The position numbers were made by a program, and so were the translations under genes. A stretch of DNA of 64,000 nucleotides from Eimeria praecox (lineage: Eukaryota): positions 1,922,001 to 1,986,000 of the forward strand of contig OY986949.1 in the NCBI GenBank assembly GCA_963920595.1, read 5' to 3'. Positions 13,316-25,456 of the stretch are shown here, piece after piece (position 1 is the stretch's first letter; each line of letters opens with the position of its first letter). The notes under the pieces are model-generated. The model was not told the origin of the DNA. It saw nothing but the letters and a program-made list of their open reading frames with translations, and did no database searches.

Positions 13316-16000
13316 ATGGTCACAGCAACTCTTCTCCTTACCCTGTGGGCGTCCCCACAGCTAGCTTACGGACAGCCGATGGAATCTGATTATAACGGCC
13401 AGTTTTCAGAGGTCCCCATCGTCTTCGAGGAGGAAGTGCAGCCATCGCCGGAACCCGCACAGGAATCCTCTACTCTGTACGAGCCTACCACCGGATCGGA
13501 GCCCTCTCTTACGGAGAATGGTAGTCCGCTGCCACAAACCGGCCAGCAAAGCAACGACGGGTTCACTGAACCCCCGCCGTCTCTGATAGAGATTTCTACT
13601 CTGCAAGAGGTCTCTGAAGGAGCAACTGCAACCCCCTTTCCAGGGCGTGCTCGAGGCCTGGATGCAATCGTTCCCTTTATGTTGCCTTTGCGGCCCTACG
13701 CTCCTGTTTTCTCTGGTTCGGAAGGCTCTATGAACTTCGCTCCTGGATCAAACGATTCTGGCGTGTTTCCTGTTCCTGAGGATGCGGCTGAAGCATCGGC
13801 GCCTCCTCGCTTTGCTTTTTACGGGCCGCAGAGCGACGAATTACGGGTGGATGACTGCCAACACTTTGACGCCTTCCTCGTGTCTCCCCTGCCGTCCTCT
13901 GTGGGCTCCAAGTTCAGCGAATTTGTCCAAAAAGAAGCGTCACAGGCAGACGGCATGCCATACTTGCACCATATCCACGGGCGCCCAGTAGGGGACCCAG
14001 CGGACGGCGAAGAGAACCCCCGACTCATCGTAGAGGGAGGCAAAGTGACGCCTCTTTGGTCCGAGTTTACAGAAGGTCAGACATCTGTGGCTGGGCACTT
14101 CCGCTGTTATGCAGTGGCCTTGTGTACAACTGAGACCCATAGACGCCTTTTCCCGCATTTTCAACCAATGGAATTGCCTTGCCCTGAAGGTCTCGGTGCT
14201 GCGTGCAGAAAACCCCATATTCCGCATGGATGAAGGAACAGTGACTTTGATTCGTCTCGTGGCCCCTGTCAAGAGCGCCTTCGATGCCATGGCCTCCATG
14301 ATGCTGATGCCAATTGTCGACGTTAGTCTGGCATATGGAGACGGTGGGCAATGGTTACATGTGCAGCCTAATCGTAGGCTGCCCTTAGACGCTCTGGTCA
14401 AGTGTTATCGTGCTGTGGAAGGCGTTTGGGGATAAAGGGTCTAAAATTGAAAGTTTGGAGCACAGGGTTGGGACTGTCGCCGGTGAGGTGTTCTTTAGGG
14501 CTCCGTCTTTCTTACAAGGTCAGCGGCGAGGAGGGGAGGCAGGCGGACCACCAGCACCAGGACGAGACCCACCGACCTGTGGCGGAACTTCACGTTGTCT
14601 ATAAAAGCTGCTTTTCTGTTGAAGGAGAGAGCAGCGACCCAATTTCTGTACGGGCTGAGCTTCGCTTCGGCGGATGCGAACCCGTTGTCCTAATGTGGAA
14701 GGTCGTTTGCTCCGCCGGAGCGCTCCTACAGGGCAAGTTGCATGTTGACCTCGCACAAGCTTGTGCATGGCATCTGTGCTATAAACAACAGTCCTCTTGT
14801 AATCCCTTTTTATTTTACACCATGTAGAAACGAAGCCCCCAGAAAGTGGGTGGAAGGCTGCAAGCGAGAGACGTCAGGTGTTGTGCTGATAATTCATGTC
14901 CTGCTTGCGACAGCAAGTGCGCGCATGCTTGAAACCAAGGACGAAGGGATATATACGGCATCTCTGCTCTCTCTTGCGCTGCCATGGATTCAGAGGTACC
15001 ATCTGGATTTCACATTGCGATCGGCCCCTTGACGCCAGCCGCCAGTAAGGATAAGAGCGCATCTTTAATGCGCAGTTCCGCTGACCTGCCCTGGGATCCT
15101 AGTCTTGCCCCTTCCCCGACAGTGGCGGACCTGCGAGCGGTGACATCAAAGGAGGGCGACCTGGTGTCCAATGGGGTGGTTGCTGACCATGTTGCATCTG
15201 TACAGCCAGACACCCTGGTGTTTGATCCGTCGGTGAGGGCGGACTGCCAAAGAAATCATTGTTTCCAGTCTTTTCAGTGCTCCCCTCGCACTCCGCGCTG
15301 TGTTCATTAATACAGAGCATTGCACCTAACCTGCCCTCCAGAATCGAAGGCGTGCGTAGAGCAGCAGCACTGCCTCTTGAGGATTCTTCCGTGCGCTACT
15401 TTCTGTCTTGTCTGCAGCAAGACTTCGTTGAGATGTACGCGTGGTGTCGTGGGTGTAAGGACGGCAAGCTCGATATGCAAATTCCAACAACAGGCAAGTG
15501 CATTTTATAGTATGTACAACAGCAACTTGTTACCTGCATTATTACTGCAGTATTGACACTGTCATCGGTAGGAAAGGACTAATATTGAAAGGAGTAGATC
15601 CTTCGTACTCGAGTTTCTCAAGTTGATGCAACTCGTCGTTCCTTAATGGTGCAAATGAGAGCGTTGTACAATCTATATAATAACATGCTTGCGCCGAAGA
15701 GGAGCTACAGAGGTCGCGTTAAAATGGACTAGCATTCAATAGAATTATCTGCAAACAAATTTTGTACACTGGGAATTGGCTTTGTATGCTTGTGTATCCG
15801 TCAGCCGCTGACTTGCAAGTGATGTATCCTCTATTGTACAACTACGTCGGCAGTAGCCAAAAAGAAGAAACAGAAACGGAGCAGTCCGTTAGTCTCGTTG
15901 CGTCGAAGCCATCCTCTCACGTGGTCCTGAGAGAGGTGCTCCCTGGCTTAGAGGAAAACGTGCGCCGGTTCATTCTTCAGTTTCAGTGCAAATCAGAAGG
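13316..16000 (+). pseudogene. Signal-peptide-bearing hypothetical protein, apparently frameshifted (pseudogene or assembly indels)
   Basis: MVTATLLLTLWASPQLAYG|QP resembles a signal peptide, followed by an acidic Pro/Ser-rich region. Protein-like text continues through overlapping ORFs in changing frames (14109-14435, 14410-14604, 14402-14827, 14984-15310, 15259-15510) without introns that explain the shifts. Confidence 0.4.
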
Positions 16001-17554
16001 TACGTCTTAGTTTGCCCGGAAAGCAGCAGAAGTTAACATTCTCAAGTAGTTCATCTCTCCTCTGTTCCTAAGTAACTTAACTTCTGAGCTGCAGTAGCAA
16101 AGCTTTTAGAGTCAGTTTAGTGATATTCCACGGGCTTCTCCCCTCTCTTCCCTGTGCTCCATCTCAACTTTGCCATTTATGTTAATCCTAATGTCAACTG
16201 GCTGCTGGGTTGCTACAGGGGAGTCGATTGTGGGGATTGATTTTTCCTTCCATGGCTATAGAGTGAGCAGTAGCACTGACAGCAGGCAAACCCCGATGCC
16301 CTACAACCCCAAACCGTCAACATGTTAACCCAGAAGAGCCAAAATCCTTAATCCTACGTTGTATTTTCTGCTTGGCTCACAAACGCATCCCTACTCTCAC
16401 TGCAAGCAGTGTCACTGCTTTGAGCGGCTTCGAAGTTAGCACGGAATGCTCGTGGAGTGAAGGCTCCAAGCCGTCAGCTCAACGGCTGCTAAAGTGTCAC
16501 TGGTGGCTCTGTACCCTCTCTTCTGTATGTTGAGGTTCTTTGGTTTACGACGCTGTTCACTTCCTGGGTATCAACAGTTTGCGCAGTTCGCACTGCTGCA
16601 TGCAGACGTCGGCAGAAGCTCTGTGTTGTGTTTCCCTCTACAGGACATCCAGATTTTCTTGAAGAAGAAATGCGTTGCCCCTGGTACGGCAGCAATATCC
16701 AGTAGCAGCGGTAGCCTACCCTAGTGTCAAAATGTCGTTAAACAGCCAACGATGAAAAAGGTGCAGCCATTCCATAGCGATATTAGAGTGTAGCCATTCG
16801 ATTGCCGGGATAGGCGTGCAGCGCTGTGTTCGATGGTGCGTAGAGCTCGGACAGCATCGAGAGCACACTTCAGTATCATGCATGCATGAGCTGTGTCCGC
16901 CTCGGCTGAGTGTTTGCAGCCTCAGCGAGCCTCCGGGATCCGTCTTGCAGCTCTGGAGTCCTCAGCGAAGGTGGGGAGGCATGCTGCGTTGCTTCTTGCG
17001 GCACGTGCGGTGGTGATGGCTGTGAAGACAGAGAAGGTAAGGCGCCCTTTCCTGCATCTGCATTTTCGCTCAAATATGCGAATAACCACGATGGGTGCTG
17101 CAGACATCTGTGAAAAGAAATAACGGGGGCGTGGATACCTACAGCAGAGGTGCAGTACACACGGCGCCACGAAGGCAATTCCTCTGATAATAAGAAGGTC
17201 ACGCTGCATTTTCAGCTGCTTTGTTGCTGTTGATTGGCTACAGGAGGTCTTCCTGGCTGCTGCGCAAAGCACATTCTCTCCTCGGCCCTCCCCTGCGCTG
17301 TCGCGACGGCCCCTTGCGTCATGGGCGGTGAGAACTGACAGAAGGATGAAAGACTATGAGCGAATTAGACTCTAGAGTTGCATGTTGAACGGAACTGCCT
17401 GGTTTGCAAACGCAGCATACTCGCAGGCAGGGAAAGAAGGGCCGCATACGGTTTCTTGTCGCGTGTAGCACGTGATACTTGGGTCGTACTAAATAAACCG
17501 CGCATGACATCTATATAATACATATTTTATCCAGCACAGATTGAATTTTCGTTA

Positions 17555-18714
17555 ATGATGCTTGCACAGTGTGGCATGCCAACGCTGTATGCAGCCCAGC
17601 AAAACAGAGCTACTAAGGAGCTCCGGATGGCTCTGGCGTTACCTGAGGAATCTCCTGCTCCAGCGCACAGTTTTAGCTTGTTGTTAGCTCCCCTGTGGTT
17701 CATCCGTACCTTCCTGGCTTTCCTAAGGCTATTGGTTTGGTGGTCAGTTCCGAAAGGTCGATGTTTCCCTTTCCCTACCTCCGAACAGCTCGAGGAACGT
17801 GCAGGGCCATGCTTAACCAAGATGTTTCTTGTGGCTTGTAGGGTCTCGGTTTACGTGGTTGCGCTTGTCTATCCGTTGTTGCCGCAGCTTCGTTGCTGTG
17901 GCCCTTCTACTGTACGTCTTTACTGTCTGCTACGGACTCCATATCCTGAAAGAACCCTTACATGTGGCGGCAGCTCCTTCGGCTTCCCAAATCTTAAACA
18001 CCATCATGCTGATTGTACGTCTGCACTACAGCAGCTTCAGCGGTGCATCAAGCATGCCACGGAAGGAGATGCCGCTTTCAGGCACTTTCTAGCATCCCTA
18101 CCATTGTTGAGCGCAGATGAAGGGAGTGTAGCTGCTAGACTGAGTGGCGGCAGGGGCACAGACAAAGAGAATATTAGATGTTTGCTTTTCGGTCTTGCTC
18201 ATCTATTCTTTAGGTTGGCCACCTGCGGCATATGTACAAGACGCACACCGGCTCGCTTTTCGCGGGGGAGGGCTTCCACTCGTACACCCCATTCGAGGAG
18301 AAGGGAGGGAAATCACTTGGCCGGAAGCTGAGCAGCAAAGAGAATCCGTTCTGCCCTCCAGTGCGTTGGCGCTCGAGCGAGGATCACAACTCTTGTATAC
18401 GCCTTACATCGTTGAAGGCAAAAGCAGCAAGAGAAGCGAACCAACATCCTCCCGAAGTTATTCGGCCTCTTGAGTTCTGTGATATTGAAGCAGACGCCTC
18501 GAGCAGCCGCGACAGAAGTGACACCATAGACGATAACCTGTGGGAGGGCCCCCAAAGTGACTTTCAAGCAGACACCTGGGATGAAGACACCACCACGATG
18601 CTAAATGGACAAAACGGAGAAGAGTACTCGACCCCCCAAGGCAATGAGCATTATACCCCCCAAGGCAATGAGCATTATGGACAGTTTCCTGGGGGAAACT
18701 ACGAGCCATTCTGA
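17555..18714 (+). CDS. Terminal exons of a hypothetical protein (may continue the 13.3 kb locus)
   Basis: ORFs 17555-18331 and 18232-18714. An acceptor TTCTTTAG near 18212 opens the last exon (VGHLRHMYKTH...GNYEPF stop). Upstream exon-like blocks lie at ~15.8-16.0, ~16.6 and ~16.9-17.0 kb. Confidence 0.5.
18631..18678 (+). repeat. 24-bp tandem duplication encoding TPQGNEHY x2
   Basis: ACCCCCCAAGGCAATGAGCATTAT occurs twice in direct tandem. Confidence 0.9.
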
Positions 18715-20428
18715 GACACTGGGCTACCTATTTGGCTTCCGGTCTCAGATGCAATCCCGCAGATACCCCAACACAGAATCTCATACAACAGCAAAGCCTC
18801 TTTGCGCCACAAAGCCGATCATACAGCAGCCGGCCGCACAATATATATATCTTCAGTTTAGCTGATGCTTATTCTCTTTAGAGAGCACACTTGTCAGCAT
18901 GTCAGTGCACAGTCTCTGTTCAACAGACAGCCTGCGCTTGTTTATTTCATCTGTCGTTGAAATCCGTTTCTATTCGCCTGTCATGTTTGGCTGTGGAGCG
19001 ATTTCCTTTTGTCCTCATTTTCTGTCATTGTTTATTATGAAGAGTCGCATCTTAGACCATCGTTTCTGTTTTTCTTGCGAATTCTTGGCCCGTGCCATCG
19101 CCGGCAGTTCAATATACGAGGCAATACCTTGATATGCCGTACTGCCTGCTGTTTTCTGTATCTTAGAAAAAGATCTCCCTCTTTGAATCATTTGAGGGTT
19201 CAGTCGGGCACCATTTGGGGCTGTCTTACCCTTCCGATTTATAGCGCAAAGAGCAGCAGCAACAGCAATAGCAGCAACAGAAACAGCAGCAGCAGCAGGA
19301 GTCGCCATGATATTCCATGAACTGGCCTTAAAGAACCACAAAGTGAGCGACGCCTAAAATAATTGGGGCTTCTGTTTCTGGGTTCTGGGGGAAGGATCAT
19401 TCCCACTCCTTAGAGGGAAAGCTATTAAACATGGTGCGTAGAGGAGGCCCTTCCAACGCAGGCCAACACAGATGCTTTCTTTCCGGCTTTTCTGCTTTCT
19501 CCAGTTTAGTTGCCCCACTAACCACTTTAGGTCTGGGCTTTTTCTGAGGCTGATGGGCTGCTACAGTGCTTATTGCACCCTCCAGCCTGTCTCAGTCAAA
19601 TGTGAATTAAGCCACAGCCCTTAGCAACATGGGACAAGCACAGGAAGACGTTCCCGGTGTTGTGACGGTGCTGTTGATGAACATCTCGTAGCTTCTGCGG
19701 GGCAGGCTTAAGCGCTTCGAGTGATGTATAGCTGCAATGCTGTGCTCAGTTGGGCTCGTGAGGTCACCTGAAGTGTGCTGTGTTGCACCGCTGGGGAGGT
19801 GGGTGTTGTCATTCCCCTGTCTCACCTATATTTGTAGAGAAAAATAAAAGGGAGAGAAGCTCTGTTATCTTTGATTCGTGGCGGAAGATACACGTTCGTC
19901 CGACGACAGCTCCAGCTGCTCTGGAGCGACTGTGGGCTATGCCTGTGGTTGTCGGCTGCGCCAACGTAGCACTGTACTACACCTTTCAATTGAAAAGTAA
20001 ATAGTTTAGAGTTCGAAATATTAATATTATTTACAGGCGCAGGATGAAGAGGAGATGGGAACGCCGATGTCGACAGACATGCGGGGCTGTCCGGTGGCCG
20101 AGGGTTTGGTAGTGGTAGGTCAAATCATTGCTGGAAAAGTTGCGGGAATTTTCTCAAGAATTAGAAAGCCAAGTTGTTCAGTTAATTTGTGCGTCCACAC
20201 ATTGCCTTTCCACACAAACCTCGGCGTGTCGGCTGCGCCTTGGCTTCGGTGTACGTACAGCTCGCTGCAGATTTTTCATTCGAAACACTTAGCCGGCTAA
20301 TCCAATTTCAGCGATGGTTTCTGCCTCTCGCGCAATCCCCGGATGCACCTTCTTCTTCATCGCTTCCTCCATTAGTTTCGGGATTTAACTACTGCAGAGC
20401 ATACACCAGAAACCTTGTGTGATCCATC

Positions 20429-23400
20429 ATGCTGAGACGGCGCCTCATACGTCGCTGCGTCTTCTCAAGTTGCCCGCTGCTGGTCCCTCCTGGCAGACCC
20501 CTGAAGCCCTCCGTACGAGTGTTTGGAAGCCGAGCTGCAGCCGCTGCTGCTGCTGCTGCTGCTTGTGCTTCAGCTCCTTCAGCTGCTTCAGCTGCAGCTG
20601 CTGCCGAATCACCCCAGGCCTCGGCTCTACTCCGTCCTCTCTCGGCTCCGGCTAGAGGGCCCCTTGTGCATCCTCACACTGACGCGTTTCGTGGAGTGAT
20701 CGGATCTTGGGCCCCCCGTCACAGCGGCTTTCCTCGCGGCCTGCACACCCAGGCCACTGCAACGCCAGCAACAGTAACAGCAGCGACGCGAGCAGCCACA
20801 GCTGCAACTACGGCTTCTGAGGGGCCTGTACGCACCAATGGGGACCTCTCTGGGGGCAATCGTGGGCTGGCTGCCTCTCCTCAGGCCGCTGGCGCCGCTT
20901 GCTTTGAACCGGGTGTCGGTGTGGTGCAGGTGAACATCAAGCGGGACCAGCAGCGCTTCTTACAAGTACGACTGCTCCTGCTGCTGTTCCTGCTGCTGCT
21001 CCAGCTACTGGTTGATTTGCTGTCGGCTTGTAGGTAGCTTGCTGACAGTTGATTTGAATTAGATGGGTTGGTGTTTGCAGATGTTGAGCCCCCTACGAGA
21101 GGCTCTCCTTGCACGTATTTCCGCCTGCGCCCCCCAGGAGGAGGCGAAGGCTTTTAAGAATTATTACTCTCGTGTTATCGACTACAACTGCACGGGTGGG
21201 TCAAGACCTGCAAGGGAGGGGTGGCGCCTTTGATCCATTTAAGCGAAGAGCTAAAGCTGCTGCTGCTTGTCCCCTCGGCTGTGTGCTTGTTATCTGCTGT
21301 TGTTGCTGTTGCTGCTGCTAGATGACTCACCTGACTGATCGGCATGCGCATGCAGAGTTCTTGGGTTTGTTGGTTTGTCGCTGCTGCATGCATGCAGGGG
21401 GCAAGCTTCTACGCGGGCTGCTGACTGTCTATGCCTCCCTCGCTGCCAGCCGAGAGGTTGAGTTCGTTCAGCCCTCGGAGTCGGCAGCAGCACCTTCTTC
21501 AGGAGGTGCTGCAGCAGCTGCAGCACCTGATCCTGCTGCTGCGCCTTCTGTCTTCCGCTTAGCAACGGCTCCATCGGGTGCGGCAGCTGGTTGTTGTCCT
21601 ACTACGCCCTCAGCAGACGCAGGAGCCACAGCAGCAGGCCCAGCAACCACACCAGCAGGCGCAGCAGCGGCCGTATCCGCTGGTGCTGCTGCTGCTGGAG
21701 CAGCAGCAATCGAGGAGGCTTTCAATTCCGGTGCCTGCGCTCTGGGGTGGGGGGTCGAGTTGCTGCAGGCGGCCTTCTTGGTTGCAGATGATCAGATGGA
21801 TGGGGCAGACACTCGGAGGGGTAAAGTCTGTTGGTACAGAAGGCCAGAAGTGGGGCCTGCGAATGCAATTAATGACGCAGTGTTTCTTATCTATGCCATA
21901 CACCAGTCAGCTTCACCCCACACCCCATTGCTGCTGTTGCTGCTGCTGCTGCCGCTGTTGCTGCCGCTGCTGATGCTGCACAGGAGGTAGCAGTGCTCGT
22001 GCTGCTGCTTATTTTGCTACTGTACGCCGCCGCGGCTGCTGCAGCTGCACGTGTTCAAGTTAGTTTTGCTGCTGGCTTCATCTGCTGCTGGTGCTACTGA
22101 TGCTTGTGTTGCTAGGGCGAATGTGTTATGCCCAGCATGGGTGCGCGGGGTGTATATACAGTGGGATGTGGGGTTTGTTTGTTGCGTGGGCTGGGGTGAA
22201 CAGAGTGCTAAGAGAGTTCCTCGGAAATCATCCCGCCTTCAGCGCATGCAGCGACCTGCTGCAAGATGTTGCATTCAAGACTGTCCTGGGCCAGCACCTC
22301 GACAGCAATGGGTCAGTGTGCACGTTGCTGCAGCCGTGTCATCAGGAGCAGCAACAGCAACAGCATCAGCAGCGGCATGAACTGTTGCGCGTGCTGCGGG
22401 AAGGAACCGCAGCAGCAACAACCACGCTACAGCAGCTAACTGCAGCGGCACGCTCCAGACAGCAAGCAGCAGCGAGGCTAAAGACCAGCTACTACTCCTT
22501 TTGGCTCCCCACAGCTTTGGGTACATCATCTGTTCCTACACTAGCCTCCCCTCCTGTGTAGACGGGTGTGCTATACACTGCAATATATCTCTGGAGCTGC
22601 AGCTCAACCCTCGAAGAAAGAAGATGCATGCATCTCTGCATGCATTTGCGTCATGTTTCTTCTTAGGGCTTCTGTACAGCGGCGTGAGCGAGCGGTCCAT
22701 CTTGGCGAAGGCCGAGGAGATATGTCTGTGCACGGGAGACTACTTCCAGGTGTCTCATTATGCTTGATTTTTTTGTTGTTGTTTCGTGTTTGTTTTTTTT
22801 CTTTTTGCCCCTCGCCATTATTTACTCTTTTTGCGGGCTTCGCCGTTTTTTTTTTGTTCGTCGCTTGTGCTTGTTTGTGCACTTCTTTGGGCTGCTGTCT
22901 GCTCTTTTTATTTGTACGCTTTATTTGTTTAATGATTCTTTGTGGGTTTACTGTCTCCCTTGCTTTCTTTTACTGACTGCTTCGGCTCTTCCCAACATTG
23001 CTGGGTTGTTTGTGTGGTGTCCCTCCACCGAGCTGAGAAGGCCTCTCGATCTGCGCTATGACATTTTTCTGCTGTCTCCTGGACACTTAATAACCCGCGC
23101 TTCAGCAGCAGCATAGCAGCAAAGGAGCAACAGCAGCAGCAGCAGCAGCAATGTGTATTCATGCGTTAGTTATGTGCGTAGTATTTTGCCGTGCAGGCAC
23201 AGGACGACTTCTTAGACTGTTTCGGCTGTCCCGACTCCTTGGGAAAATCCGGCACAGATATCCGCGAAGGAAAGTGTAGCTGGCTGCTTGCCGAGGTGCG
23301 CTGCTGCAAATGCCTCTCCCTTGAAGTGACCCTGAGGCACAGCAGTGGCCCTTCACCTTCTTCCCTTGTGCTAGCACAGCAATAACTGCTGGCTCTGCTC

Positions 23401-23865
23401 TTTCAGTCTCCCCCAGGGGTCTGTACATGCGGCAACGCGCCTCACTCGCCCGTGGGGTGTACACACACCCTGATGCAGCCACCGCTGGCCACAGAACTAG
23501 GTGCAGGTGCTGGTCCGCTGCTGCAGGCACTCGCCGCTGCAACTCCCGCACAAGCAGCTGACTTGCTGGAGGCGTACGGCCGACCCGAAGGAGAGAAAAC
23601 TGTTCGGGAGTTGTACATACACCTCAAAGTCCAGGAGCGCTTCAAGGACTACGAAAACGGCGCTCACGAGAAGATTTTGAGGTGAGCTGTTGGTTGTTGC
23701 TGGCAGCGGCAGCACCAGAAACCGCAGCAGCAGCAGCAAGACGCAGTTCAGACTCCTCTTCGGCGATCTGCGTTGCTTCCCAGGCTTGTAGAAGGACTCA
23801 AACACCCAGGTCTCCACAGCTACTTCGTGGCGCTGCTACAACTCCTCCACCGGCGGCCCCAGTAA
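20429..23865 (+). CDS. FPPS: Farnesyl/geranylgeranyl diphosphate synthase with N-terminal mitochondrial-type presequence; 8 exons
   Basis: Exons 20429-20965, 21081-21195, 21398-21905, 22204-22520, 22667-22749, 23197-23295, 23527-23681, 23784-23865. Motifs: [38 protein letters not shown] (FARM), [27 protein letters not shown] (SARM), [11 protein letters not shown], and a basic C-terminus LHRRPQ. Confidence 0.95.
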
Positions 23866-23890
23866 CAACGAAGGCGCGCGCCGTAGGTGG

Positions 23891-23957
23891 CTGTACACCC
23901 CACGTGTTCTGTACACCGCATGTTGTCTGTACACTGCACGTTATCTGTACACACTGC
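23891..23957 (+). repeat. Degenerate 18-bp minisatellite (CTGTACACxxCAyGTxxT) x~3.5, 3' of the FPPS stop
   Basis: Units start at 23891, 23909, 23927 and 23945, each beginning CTGTACAC. Confidence 0.8.
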
Positions 23958-24236
23958 AAGTTCGCCCTGCCTCGTTCTTTTTTCTTCATTTCATTCCTGG
24001 GGGGGTCGAGATCTCCTCCCCAGATTTGGCCAAAGTTTTGGCAGTTTTGTTTCGAGCCGGAGGGCACACCGGCGTGTCAGTTTTCGGGTGTACTTGAGGA
24101 GCTGAGCCTTATACGCTAAAGCTCTAAACAGTCTCAACCTGCTGCAGCATACGCTTAGTGGATTATCTATACATGCCTGACTCTGCAATATAAAGCAGTG
24201 GCTTTGCCAATAAAATATGAACTCGTTTCTCCAGTG

Positions 24237-24264
24237 TGCATGCATGCATGCATGCATGCATGCA
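24237..24264. repeat. (TGCA)7 run, i.e. overlapping TGCATGCA palindromic octamers
   Basis: Seen directly, between the convergent FPPS and RPB7 3' ends. TGCATGCA is an established abundant coccidian motif. Confidence 0.9.
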
Positions 24265-24641
24265 CGCATGCTGTGTCGGTTAGGCTCCTTAATTCAACAT
24301 AAATTTCTAAACAATAATCCGGCATCTCCCTCCCCAGTTCTGCTCTGACACCACGGCGTCACCCGCGCACAGCGGAGCGTCAACAAGAGGAAGAGTATAG
24401 AGGCCCCTGCTTGCTGAAGCAATGGGGCCCCATTGCCCTTCCCTCTCAAATGCCTTTAGGCGCAGGGGAGCAGCAACAGCACTAGCTAAATCTTAAGCCG
24501 TAGAAGCAGTTGCTGCTGCAGGTCATGCAGCAGCAGCAGGTAAAGCTTAAGGAGTATAAGCAGCAGCAGCTGCAGCTGATGATACACCAGAAGAAGTCGG
24601 TGCAGAAACTGTTGGTGGGAGAGCGGCTAGTTAGGCTTGCT

Positions 24642-25363
24642 TTAGGCCGCTGAAGTTTCTCTGGGTTCGATGGGCCCTAAGTAATCCGCATTGGTTGTGG
24701 CAACTGCAAATATCTGGCTAGCTTCAAAGCGAACACCGAGGAGCTTGAGGCGGATTTCCCCCCCCGAACGCAGAGCCTGAGAGCCGTCGGAGAAGCTTGG
24801 CATAGCATCTTCTTCCTGACACCCGCAAAACGCAGCAGTAAAAGCAACATAAGCAGCGGGGAAACAGCAGCGGCAGCAACAGCAGCGGGGTAAACAGCAA
24901 CACTATCGGCAGCGGGGTAAGCAGCAGCTGGGGGAAGCAACAGCCTCGGATGGAATAGCAGAAGCGTAAGTAGCAGCAGCAGCCAAGCCGTTTGAACCGC
25001 ATCCGTATCCCGATGCAACAGGCTAGGGTTTGGGGTTTATATTTAGGGTTTTCACATCCATGCACCTGAAATGTGTACGTGGGGGGGAGAGAAGCCCTCG
25101 AGACGAAGACCTTCAGGGGGCCACACTGTGCGAAGAGGCCGAGTTTGTTTACATCAGTTATTACCGCGTCCAAAACCTAAGCAAAGCAACGCCACCCAAC
25201 CTTCATTCCGTTCCTTCCCGAACCCCTCAACCCACGGGCGACTGTCCCGGGTGTACGTACAGACACCTCAAACCGCCAAGCAGCAGCACTCCAAACCCTT
25301 CGTCTTGACATATAAATGCTATTCTACTGCATTTCAATCAGTGTAATGGATATTTCTATTCGC

Positions 25364-25456
<93 letters not shown>

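Noticed and set aside
23891..23957. Short regularly spaced repeats resembling a CRISPR array
   Set aside because: Eukaryotic genome, tandem 18-bp period with no unique spacers, and no cas genes.
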